Shown here piece after piece: positions 1 through 7,513 of a DNA stretch of 64,000 bases. The DNA comes from Candidatus Bilamarchaeaceae archaeon (GTDB lineage: Archaea > Micrarchaeota > Micrarchaeia > Anstonellales > Bilamarchaeaceae). Numbering within the stretch: position 1 is the stretch's first letter; every line of letters starts with the position of its first letter. The position numbers and the translations under genes are program-made. The notes under the pieces were generated by a model. The model worked only from the letters and a program-made list of their open reading frames with translations, was not told the DNA's origin and ran no database searches. The stretch is from the NCBI GenBank assembly GCA_038870635.1, contig JAVZJR010000001.1, positions 212,839 to 276,838 on the forward strand. The letters are read 5' to 3'.

Positions 1-1
1 G

Positions 2-886
2 GAAACTCTTGTTTTGAATCTATGCAAAAAAGATGAGAATGCAGTGTGTTTTCCAAATGGTGAATTTGGCGAGAAGTGTGCAGAAACAGTAAGCATATAT
101 ACCAATGTAAAAATACACAAACATGAAGGACCAAAAGGCTGGAATCTTGAAAGAGCAAAAGCTGCGATAGACGAAAGCAATGCTCAAGTACTTGCAATGG
201 TCTATAATGAAACTGGATATGGTGTTCGTAATCACATAAAAGAAATATGTAAATATGCAAAATCAAAAGGTATGCTTACAATAATAGATGGGATATCTGC
301 TTGGCCAGGCACAGAAATGGATATGAAAGAGTTTTGTGTTGATGGGTTTGTAACTGGAAGTCAAAAAGGTATTGCCGCGCCCCCAGGAATGGCATTAATA
401 GGTTTAAGTAAAGATGCTGTGGAGAGGTTTACGAGTAGAAGTGATATACCTAGTTATTATTGCAATCTGCAGAGACATAGAAAAAGATACCTGAAAGACA
501 AACAAACACCAAACACGCCGGCAATATCTTTGTTTTGGGCGTTGCAAGAAGCGTTTAATGTACTTGATAAAAATGGCGGTGTACTGGCTGCTATCCAAAG
601 ACATGAGAAAGCAGCAATGCATGTAAGAAAAAGATTAACAGAGATTGGATTTCCTCTCGTTGCTGAAGAAGGATTTGAATCAAATACAGTAACAGGATTT
701 GTATGCAAAGACGCAATAGAAGCCAAAACAATAAAGGAAAGATTAGAAAAAGAATACGGAATAAAGATAGTAGGATGCAGGGGAGTATATATCGAAACAG
801 GACTTCGCATAGCCCATATGGGTAATTTTAAGACTGAATGGCTTGATGCTTGTTTGGATGCAATCGAGAAGATAAAGGGTAAATAA
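2..886 (+). CDS. Class V PLP-dependent aminotransferase (serine-pyruvate/alanine-glyoxylate family), 5' truncated by window edge
   Basis: Motifs YNETGYG, IIDGIS, TGSQKGIAAPPG (PLP lysine), QTPNTP, LRIAHMG; frame is open back to the window start. Confidence 0.88.
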   Translation, partial: ETLVLNLCKKDENAVCFPNGEFGEKCAETVSIYTNVKIHKHEGPKGWNLERAKAAIDESNAQVLAMVYNETGYGVRNHIKEICKYAKSKGMLTIIDGISAWPGTEMDMKEFCVDGFVTGSQKGIAAPPGMALIGLSKDAVERFTSRSDIPSYYCNLQRHRKRYLKDKQTPNTPAISLFWALQEAFNVLDKNGGVLAAIQRHEKAAMHVRKRLTEIGFPLVAEEGFESNTVTGFVCKDAIEAKTIKERLEKEYGIKIVGCRGVYIETGLRIAHMGNFKTEWLDACLDAIEKIKGK

Positions 887-915
887 TTTAAAACAGATTA
901 ACTAAATTAAATCAA

Positions 916-1008
916 AGCCCCATCGTCTAGTTCGGTAAAACCGAAGACAACGGTCAAGGATACGAGGCTCTGGACCTCGGGACACCGGTTCGAATCCGGT
1001 TGGGGCTA
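916..1008 (+). tRNA. tRNA-Gln(CTG) with 20-nt intron at position 15/16 (931-950)
   Basis: Acceptor AGCCCCA/TGGGGCT, anticodon arm CGAGG-CTCTGGA-CCTCG, T arm ACCGG-TTCGAAT-CCGGT; insert forms a BHB (helix GTCT/AGAC, bulges AG|T and AA|C); CCA not encoded. Confidence 0.93.
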
Positions 1009-1024
1009 TTTAAGGGTGTTTAAA

Positions 1025-1675
1025 ATGATTGTATTAAATTTGAAAACATATGATGCAGTGATAAAAAATCCACTTTATTTTGTTGACATTGCAAAAGAAG
1101 TCGTTGGTGAAAGCGGTGTACGCATACCTATTGCTGTTCCTGCACCCTATCTAAAAGAAGCTGCTGAAAGGTATTGTGATGTTTATGCGCAGCATATGGA
1201 CCACTATGAACCAGGTGCGCATACTGGAAGTATAATAGCAGAGATGCTCTCATATTTAAGAGTAAGAGGAACACTTATAAATCACTCCGAGAAGAGGGTA
1301 GCTCATAACATAATAAAAGAAGCAGTCGAAAGGGCACACCTCAATAACATAGAAACGATAGTCTGCGCTGAAAGTCCAGAAGAATCAGAAGTTTTAAGCG
1401 ATACACAACCATCGTTTATAGCAGTAGAACCGCCAGAACTAATAGGAAGCGGAATAAGTGTTTCCACTGCTAAACCAGATGTAATAATAAACACCGTTAA
1501 GAAAGTAAAGGCAAAAAATCCTCAAGTAAAGGTGCTTTGCGGTGCTGGTGTTAATAACAAAGATGATGTAAGAAAAGCGCTTGAACTTGGAGCAGAAGGG
1601 GTGCTTTTGGCTTCAGCTTATGTAAAATCCAAAAATCCAAAAGAATTTTTAGAGGAATTAGCATCTGTTTTTTAA
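1025..1675 (+). CDS. tpiA: Triosephosphate isomerase, archaeal type
   Basis: NLKTY, AQH, GAHTG, INHSE, AVEPPELIGSG, CGAG, GVLLAS motifs; ATG 1025 preferred over GTG 1016. Confidence 0.95.
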   Translation: MIVLNLKTYDAVIKNPLYFVDIAKEVVGESGVRIPIAVPAPYLKEAAERYCDVYAQHMDHYEPGAHTGSIIAEMLSYLRVRGTLINHSEKRVAHNIIKEAVERAHLNNIETIVCAESPEESEVLSDTQPSFIAVEPPELIGSGISVSTAKPDVIINTVKKVKAKNPQVKVLCGAGVNNKDDVRKALELGAEGVLLASAYVKSKNPKEFLEELASVF

Positions 1676-1704
1676 AACTTATGATAAGAATTATTAATAC
1701 TTAA

Positions 1705-1776
1705 GCGACCGTAGTCTACCGGTTATGATTCGAGATTGCCAATCTCGCGGACCGGGTTCAATTCCCGGCGGTCGCA
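1705..1776 (+). tRNA. tRNA-Gly(GCC), no intron
   Basis: GCGACCG/CGGTCGC acceptor, CGAGA-TTGCCAA-TCTCG anticodon arm, CCGGG-TTCAATT-CCCGG T arm. Confidence 0.93.
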
Positions 1777-1782
1777 TTTAAA

Positions 1783-1913
1783 GGGGTCATGGTGCAAAGA
1801 TAAAATAAATCGCACTACCAGGTAACACGGCGGGCTCCAGATCGGTCCTGCAAGCAGGACAAAAAAAGCCGTGTAGACACCCGCATATTAGGGTTCAAAT
1901 CCCTATGACCCCA
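1783..1913 (+). tRNA. tRNA-Trp(CCA) with two introns: 15/16 (1798-1817, 20 nt) and 37/38 (1841-1878, 38 nt)
   Basis: GGGGTCA/TGACCCC acceptor, GCGGG/CCCGC anticodon stem with CT-CCA-G, TAGGG-TTCAAAT-CCCTA T arm; first intron has BHB with helix GTGC/GCAC, second has a relaxed BHB. Confidence 0.9.
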
Positions 1914-1928
1914 TCACGCGGTGAAAAA

Positions 1929-2708
1929 ATGAAAAAAATTATTTTTATCTTAATGCTTGTTCTTTTGTTGCAATTTGGATGCACAGAGCAAAAACCACCA
2001 CATGAAAATAAAACCATGGTAGTAGAATACGGCGATGTAGTTTCAGTAAATTATATACTTACTGTTGATGGTCGTGTCATAGATACAAATATAGAAGAAG
2101 TAGCAAGAAACAACAATATCTATTCTATATATAGAGACTACAAGCCACTTAAATTTAGCGTGCTTTTAGGAGAAAACAACTTACTACCTTCGTTTGTTAA
2201 GGCAGTGGTTGACATGAAGGAAAATGAGACAAAAGAGGTAATAATAAAACCAAGAGATGGCTATGGGGAATATAACTACTCGCTTACCTACAATGTTAGT
2301 AGATATTACAACAAGAGTAAATACGAAAAGGTCCCGCGCTCTTTCTTTGAGAAAAACAATATAACAATAGAAGAAGGAAAAGGTTTCCCTACAGAAATTG
2401 GCCTAGTATTTATAGATAGCTTTGACAATGAAACTGTTACCATTAATTACTTCTTCAACAAAGGAGACAGTTTTGACTACAATGGATTCCACCAAGTAGT
2501 AGTTGAAGAAAATAATGACTCTTACTTAATAATGTATGATGTAAGAGAGAATGGCACATATAAAACTACAAGCCCAATAACAAAAGAGAAAACAATAGTG
2601 CGCGTAGTCGCATTAACTAACGAAACCATGACTATTGATGAGAATCATCCGCTTGCAGGAAAAACATTAACGTTTAACATTACAGTTGTCGGAATAGAAA
2701 AACAATAA
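1929..2708 (+). CDS. FKBP-type (SlyD-like) peptidyl-prolyl isomerase with N-terminal lipoprotein-type signal
   Basis: GDVVSVNY, VIDTN, DGYGEY, DENHPLAGKTLTF motifs; MKKIIFILMLVLLLQFGC signal; GGTGA RBS 4 nt upstream of ATG 1929 (track start 1905 lies inside the tRNA). Confidence 0.85.
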   Translation: MKKIIFILMLVLLLQFGCTEQKPPHENKTMVVEYGDVVSVNYILTVDGRVIDTNIEEVARNNNIYSIYRDYKPLKFSVLLGENNLLPSFVKAVVDMKENETKEVIIKPRDGYGEYNYSLTYNVSRYYNKSKYEKVPRSFFEKNNITIEEGKGFPTEIGLVFIDSFDNETVTINYFFNKGDSFDYNGFHQVVVEENNDSYLIMYDVRENGTYKTTSPITKEKTIVRVVALTNETMTIDENHPLAGKTLTFNITVVGIEKQ

Positions 2709-2709
2709 A

Positions 2710-4476
2710 TTATTTTTTCTTCTTTTTCTTTATTGATTCTGAAAGTTTTCTTTTCTCGTTATCTTTTTCCTCTACTATGCTGCGCAATTTCTTGCTTCTT
2801 GCTTCAGCCCTCTTTTTAACGCTGTCATAGTCAATGTCTGCTGTCTCTTTTCCAATTTTTTCAACCAGTTTTTGGCTTTGTTTTATAAGTTGGGCAATGC
2901 GTTCTTTTGCTTGCTCTATGTCTGCGTTTATTTCTTTCTCAGTTTTTATAGCATGCTCGAGTTTATCTTCGTACTTTTCTGAGAGACTCTGTAGTTCGGA
3001 AAGATATCTTTTTAAATAAGCTGCTTCAGCCGCCTGCTTAAGAGCAAGTATATCACGTTCACTTCTTTGTACATTTTCCTCTATTTCTGCTATTTTAGAA
3101 TCATAATCGTTGACATATTCCCTTATCCAAGCGGAGAGTTTGTTTAGCTCGTCAAACTCGTTCTCTATAGAGTCTAACTCTGCTCTTTTTTCAGCAGTAA
3201 TTTTTTTCATATCCTCAAGGGCAACAGATATTTCATCTTTTGTTTTCTTTGTTTCATTTAAGTAATCTTGAAGTGTTTGAAGCATGCCATTTAGTTCTTC
3301 TATCTTTTCCTTAACAGAGCCAATAGACAACTCAACTTTTTCTGCGCGCATGTTAATAGATTCTTTTATATTTTCAAGCGCATTTATTTTTTTCTCATTC
3401 TCACTTATTATTGTTTTTAGTTCTTCCATTCTATCCTTAACATCCTGTGCTGAAACCTTTAATGTAAGTGTTAAATGCTCTATTTTCTCTTTTGTGTTTT
3501 TTGCTGAATTTCTCCCTTCTTCTCCAAGTCTTTTAAGTTCATTTTTTAATCTAACTGCCGCTTCAACTTTCTCTGGTAGTTCAAGTATATTCTCACGCAA
3601 TTCTAAAAGCTTCTTTTCGTGCGCAAGCACAGCGTCTATAAAAGAGAGAAGTTCGCCTTCGCTCATCTTTTGCAAAGCACTCAGCTCTTCTTTGTAAAAG
3701 GTTTCTTTCTTTCTTTTTAATTGCTCTAATCTTGCGCGCTCTTCTTTTATTTCTTCCATATAGGCAGTGATAAGATCACGCATCTCATCATCTACAACAT
3801 TGCCTGTGGTTTTTCTTTCATCTGAAATAATAGGTTTAGACTGTTCACTCAGCTCTTCTTTTACCATAAGAGGTTCTGCGATTTCTTCTTCGCCATTTTC
3901 ATCAACCGCAAAACCACCCTCCTCGCTCTCGATTTCTTCGATAGTGTCAACTTCTTGAGCATCTTCTTCTACTTTTTTGAGAATGTTTTTCTTTATGTCA
4001 TTCTCATTATTCGGTGATTCTTTATCTACATCAGAAAGCTTTTTTTCTTCAAGTGCTCTTTTCATCTTAACGTATTCTTCCAAAAGCTCTTCTGGGGTTT
4101 TCTCATTCACATCTTCTTTTTCTTCTGTCTTAAACAAATCGTCCTCATCTGATATTTCTTCGATTTTTTTATCTAAATCGTTTTCCTCTTTCTTTAGTAG
4201 TGCTTCGTCGCTAACAGGAAGTTCCTCAGCTGATGTAGAATAATAATCGCCCCCCGCCCATATAATATAGGTACCAGTTATGCCATACTCAATTTTTACA
4301 TAACCTTCATCCTCTAAAACACGTATCCACGTCTCGAGATCATTACGGCTTTTTATACCTGCCAACCTTTGCAATTCTACAAAATTAAGTTTTTTCCTTT
4401 CTGATATTATCTTTATTAGTTTATCAACATCTGTGCTGATAAGAGCATCATCTATTTTAATTTTACCACTTTCCAT
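2710..4476 (-). CDS. Hypothetical protein: N-terminal winged-helix-like domain, acidic linker, long coiled coil
   Basis: 588-aa ORF; LETWIRVLEDEGYVKIEY wHTH-like pattern; heptad E/K/L-rich C-terminal ~350 aa. Confidence 0.65.
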   Translation of the reverse strand: MESGKIKIDDALISTDVDKLIKIISERKKLNFVELQRLAGIKSRNDLETWIRVLEDEGYVKIEYGITGTYIIWAGGDYYSTSAEELPVSDEALLKKEENDLDKKIEEISDEDDLFKTEEKEDVNEKTPEELLEEYVKMKRALEEKKLSDVDKESPNNENDIKKNILKKVEEDAQEVDTIEEIESEEGGFAVDENGEEEIAEPLMVKEELSEQSKPIISDERKTTGNVVDDEMRDLITAYMEEIKEERARLEQLKRKKETFYKEELSALQKMSEGELLSFIDAVLAHEKKLLELRENILELPEKVEAAVRLKNELKRLGEEGRNSAKNTKEKIEHLTLTLKVSAQDVKDRMEELKTIISENEKKINALENIKESINMRAEKVELSIGSVKEKIEELNGMLQTLQDYLNETKKTKDEISVALEDMKKITAEKRAELDSIENEFDELNKLSAWIREYVNDYDSKIAEIEENVQRSERDILALKQAAEAAYLKRYLSELQSLSEKYEDKLEHAIKTEKEINADIEQAKERIAQLIKQSQKLVEKIGKETADIDYDSVKKRAEARSKKLRSIVEEKDNEKRKLSESIKKKKKK

Positions 4477-4563
4477 CTATAACCACCAATAAATATTTTG
4501 TATGAAAACATTTAAAAATATAACAAAACACTGAATACCACAAAATAAAGTAAAAAAATAGAA

Positions 4564-5079
4564 TTATGCAGCAACCACGATTTTGTATTTGCCGGAAAGT
4601 TTTCTTTTTGCTCTTTCAAGTGCAGTCTTAACAACATTTACATTTTCTTTAAATGTTTTTATCTCAAAAACAACCTTATTTTTATCTATTATGGCTGCGC
4701 GATCAGTTGGTCTTCCGAAAGAGTGCCTCATTCCTTTTTGCAAACGGTCTGCACCTGCACCTGCAATCATCTTATTTTCCCGTATTATGTGGTGTGGATA
4801 AGGTTTGACAACAAAATAATAATTGCCATTTATATTTTTTTCAAGATGTTTATTGGCAGATTGCCTGGCGCTTTCTATCGCATTATCTCTTAAAACAATA
4901 TCTTTATCGCATACTAAGCGTACTACTACGTTGTAGTCGTCTTTCTTTACGCCCATTCTAAATTGATGGAGATCAGAATGAGGCATCGTTTTTATGTAGG
5001 ACTTAGTAGGATTTTTAGAAAACCTAGTCCATGGTTTCTTTTTTGGTTCCCTAATAGTGTGCGCTGGTCTCAAACCCAT
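4564..5079 (-). CDS. rpl10e: 50S ribosomal protein uL16 (L10e)
   Basis: MGLRPA start, AIESARQSAN, YPHHIIRENKMIAGAGADRLQKGMRHSFGRP. Confidence 0.96.
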   Translation of the reverse strand: MGLRPAHTIREPKKKPWTRFSKNPTKSYIKTMPHSDLHQFRMGVKKDDYNVVVRLVCDKDIVLRDNAIESARQSANKHLEKNINGNYYFVVKPYPHHIIRENKMIAGAGADRLQKGMRHSFGRPTDRAAIIDKNKVVFEIKTFKENVNVVKTALERAKRKLSGKYKIVVAA

Positions 5080-5157
5080 ATAAATACACCTCGTGTTGGT
5101 TAACATATTTTCTAACATTGGTTTTTAAAAACTGCGCCTTATTAGTTTTGGTTGCTT

Positions 5158-5243
5158 GCCCCCATAGTCTAACCTGGATAGGACACAACCCTGCGGTAAA
5201 ATGCAGCAAGGTTGCTGTTGGGGTTCGAATCCCCATGGGGGCG
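5158..5243 (+). tRNA. tRNA-Arg(GCG) with 12-nt canonical 37/38 intron (5197-5208)
   Basis: GCCCCCA/TGGGGGC acceptor, CAACC/GGTTG anticodon stem, CT-GCG-G then intron with helix CTGC/GCAG, TGGGG-TTCGAAT-CCCCA T arm. Confidence 0.92.
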
Positions 5244-5273
5244 TTTTTAGTTATTCGTTTTTAGGTATTCTTA

Positions 5274-5503
5274 CTGTTTTCTTGGCTTCTTACTGTTTTC
5301 TCTGTATTTCTAATGTTTTCTATGTGCCGTTACTCCGGTTTTCATCGGTGCCGGCAGGGGTTTTTATGTTTTCTCCTGTTTTCTTGGCTTCTTACTGTTT
5401 TCTCTGTATTTCTAATGTTTTCTATGTGCCGTTACTCCGGTTTTCATCGGTGCCGGCAGGGGTTTTTATGTTTTCTCCTGTTTTCTTGGCTTCTTACTGT
5501 TTC
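5274..5503. repeat. 102-bp direct tandem repeat, ~2.25 identical copies
   Basis: Unit starts at 5274, 5376 and 5478 (CTGTTTTCTTGGCTTCTTACTGTTT...). Confidence 0.95.
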
Positions 5504-5529
5504 TCCTATAGATGATTAAAAAAGCTAAA

Positions 5530-6264
5530 CTACGCGTTTATATATTTTGCTATTTCATCCTTTAGAGTTTGAAGAGAAGAAGCACGAGCAACTATAGAAT
5601 CTATTTCATCTTTTTTTGGATGGTTTTCAAATTTTTTTAAATTATTAATTACGTAATTAAAATCACCAGTAAATCGAAGACAGTCCATCAAATATCTTCC
5701 TTCATCACCGATTGTTACAAGTATCATCCGAATAAGTTTCCATCTTTGGTTTTCAAGAAACTCGCATTTTTGTGCCAACTCTGCGAGTTGAGTTGCTTTT
5801 TCAGGCTCGTATTTGGTAAGCGCGTTAGCTTCTAATTTAAACACATCAGCTAAAAATTCATAAAAACCGCTAGCAAAAACTTCTTTTTTAGTTGATTTTA
5901 ACTTTTCTATTGTAAGATAACACATTTCCTTTTCTAATGAATAATCGTTTCGTCTAACTTCTGTTATAATCATTTCAAAAAGGTCTAATGCTTGAAAAAA
6001 ACTGGCGGTTTTTATAAGAGGAGGAATTGCTTCTAAATAACAATCCACTTTAGTAAGCCAAAACTGCGCTTTATCAGCAATTTTTATGTAAGTTTTTGGT
6101 GGTAGATCTTCTTTTCTTAAAAGTGAAATGTTAGAATCCTCACTATAGTGCAATAAAAGCAGATTTTTCTCAAATTTTGCAAAAAACTTTTGAAAAATTT
6201 TAGATTTGTTAACCTGTACATTTCGCGGATTATTTTTTTGGTGGGTGCATAATTCTCTGTTCAT
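5530..6264 (-). CDS. Hypothetical helical protein
   Basis: Long open frame; ATG 6264 (MNRELC) chosen because the upstream extension overlaps the divergent gene. Confidence 0.6.
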   Translation of the reverse strand: MNRELCTHQKNNPRNVQVNKSKIFQKFFAKFEKNLLLLHYSEDSNISLLRKEDLPPKTYIKIADKAQFWLTKVDCYLEAIPPLIKTASFFQALDLFEMIITEVRRNDYSLEKEMCYLTIEKLKSTKKEVFASGFYEFLADVFKLEANALTKYEPEKATQLAELAQKCEFLENQRWKLIRMILVTIGDEGRYLMDCLRFTGDFNYVINNLKKFENHPKKDEIDSIVARASSLQTLKDEIAKYINA

Positions 6265-6382
6265 TGTATTTAGTAGTGGAGATTTATGTTTAAAAATCTT
6301 GCGGTCCCCTATGATAATATTTACTAATACAAAAAACCATAAAAAAACACATATATTTAAATATTTTGGGTAATAATATAGT

Positions 6383-7450
6383 ATGGGGAAGAGTATGAAA
6401 TTAAAGATAAATGAAATCAAAAAATCAAAAGATAACACTGATAAGAATAAATCATTTTTCAAAAAAGCCAAGGATTTTTTTGTTGATAAAAAAGAAAAGA
6501 TAAAAAAAATAACCGCCGGTGTTTTGTTAGGCGCTACTTTAACATTTTATCCCGGTTATGTTAACACAGTATATGCTGAAACTTCTATAAGAGAAGAATT
6601 AAAGCCAGAAGAACTATCAAACATATTAAACGACATCAATAATAATAATGATAATAAGTACAACATACAACTAATAGACTATGATAAAATATCAGCAATC
6701 TATGAAAAGAACATAACACCGGTTAATAAAATTATAGATATCAATGAAAATAACAACACAATAATATCTTCGGATAATAATAAAAATAACAATAATGTAG
6801 TAAAAGTACCAAATTCTACTATTACCATAATCACAGAAAAGATAGAAAGTATAGAAGATAAAGCTAATGAGAATCCTAAAATCTCCAAACTTAATGTTTG
6901 GTGTATTGGCGAGAAATGCATTGGGATTAAAAAAATAGAAAATGGTATAGAAGTTATAAATCACCAAAAAATAAATAGATGTAGAACAGAAAAATATTCT
7001 ACTCAGATATGTCAAGAAATCTTTATCTACCCACCCAGATCAGAGGTTGTTGGATGGACGGGCGGGGGACCAATAGTTGTTAGGAATGATCCGTCTACCA
7101 TGCTACAAAAAAGAAAAAAAATAAATAATTGCAGCGAACCAACAATCAGTACGAAAGAAAACTGTGAAGATGCTATTGTTAAATACTATTCAACTGAGAT
7201 ATACGGATCTCGCTTTTTCATTTTTGCCACTAAGAAGGATGGTGGAATTAATTATATAATTGGAAATAGAGAAGAAGAATATAGTAATGTTATTTTGCTA
7301 AAATGGAATAATAAAGAAAATTTGGAGGTTATAGAATTATTTAACAACAACGACGCTAAAAATATAATAAATAAAATAAACAATTTAATACCAAGTGGAA
7401 CTATGGACGCCTTTTTCAATATGTATAACCCATTAACAAATAAAAAATAA
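6383..7450 (+). CDS. Hypothetical Asn/Ile/Lys-rich exported or membrane-anchored protein
   Basis: 355-aa ORF, basic N-terminus then hydrophobic ITAGVLLGATLTFYPG...VYA; several Cys; very AT-rich. Confidence 0.6.
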   Translation: MGKSMKLKINEIKKSKDNTDKNKSFFKKAKDFFVDKKEKIKKITAGVLLGATLTFYPGYVNTVYAETSIREELKPEELSNILNDINNNNDNKYNIQLIDYDKISAIYEKNITPVNKIIDINENNNTIISSDNNKNNNNVVKVPNSTITIITEKIESIEDKANENPKISKLNVWCIGEKCIGIKKIENGIEVINHQKINRCRTEKYSTQICQEIFIYPPRSEVVGWTGGGPIVVRNDPSTMLQKRKKINNCSEPTISTKENCEDAIVKYYSTEIYGSRFFIFATKKDGGINYIIGNREEEYSNVILLKWNNKENLEVIELFNNNDAKNIINKINNLIPSGTMDAFFNMYNPLTNKK

Positions 7451-7478
7451 TGCAAAAAAAACTAGTAAATTCGCAATA

Positions 7479-7510
7479 TTCCATTGAAATCTTTCCTTTT
7501 TCAAATGGAA
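7479..7510. terminator. Imperfect inverted repeat between convergent genes, possible bidirectional terminator
   Basis: TTCCATTGAAA (7479-7489) ... TTTCAAATGGAA (7499-7510). Confidence 0.3.
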
Positions 7511-7513
7511 AAT

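Noticed and set aside
5274..5503. CRISPR array or protein-coding ORFs (5201-5515, 5313-5519) in the repeat
   Set aside because: Units are fully identical with no unique spacers and no cas genes; the ORFs overlap the tRNA or are Phe/Cys-rich products of a 102-nt (multiple of 3) T-rich repeat
7479..7510. ORB-like inverted pair (TTCCA.T.GAAA) as a replication origin
   Set aside because: Only one arm fits the spacing, there is no G-string, the gap is just 63 bp between convergent genes, and no cdc6/orc1 is in the window
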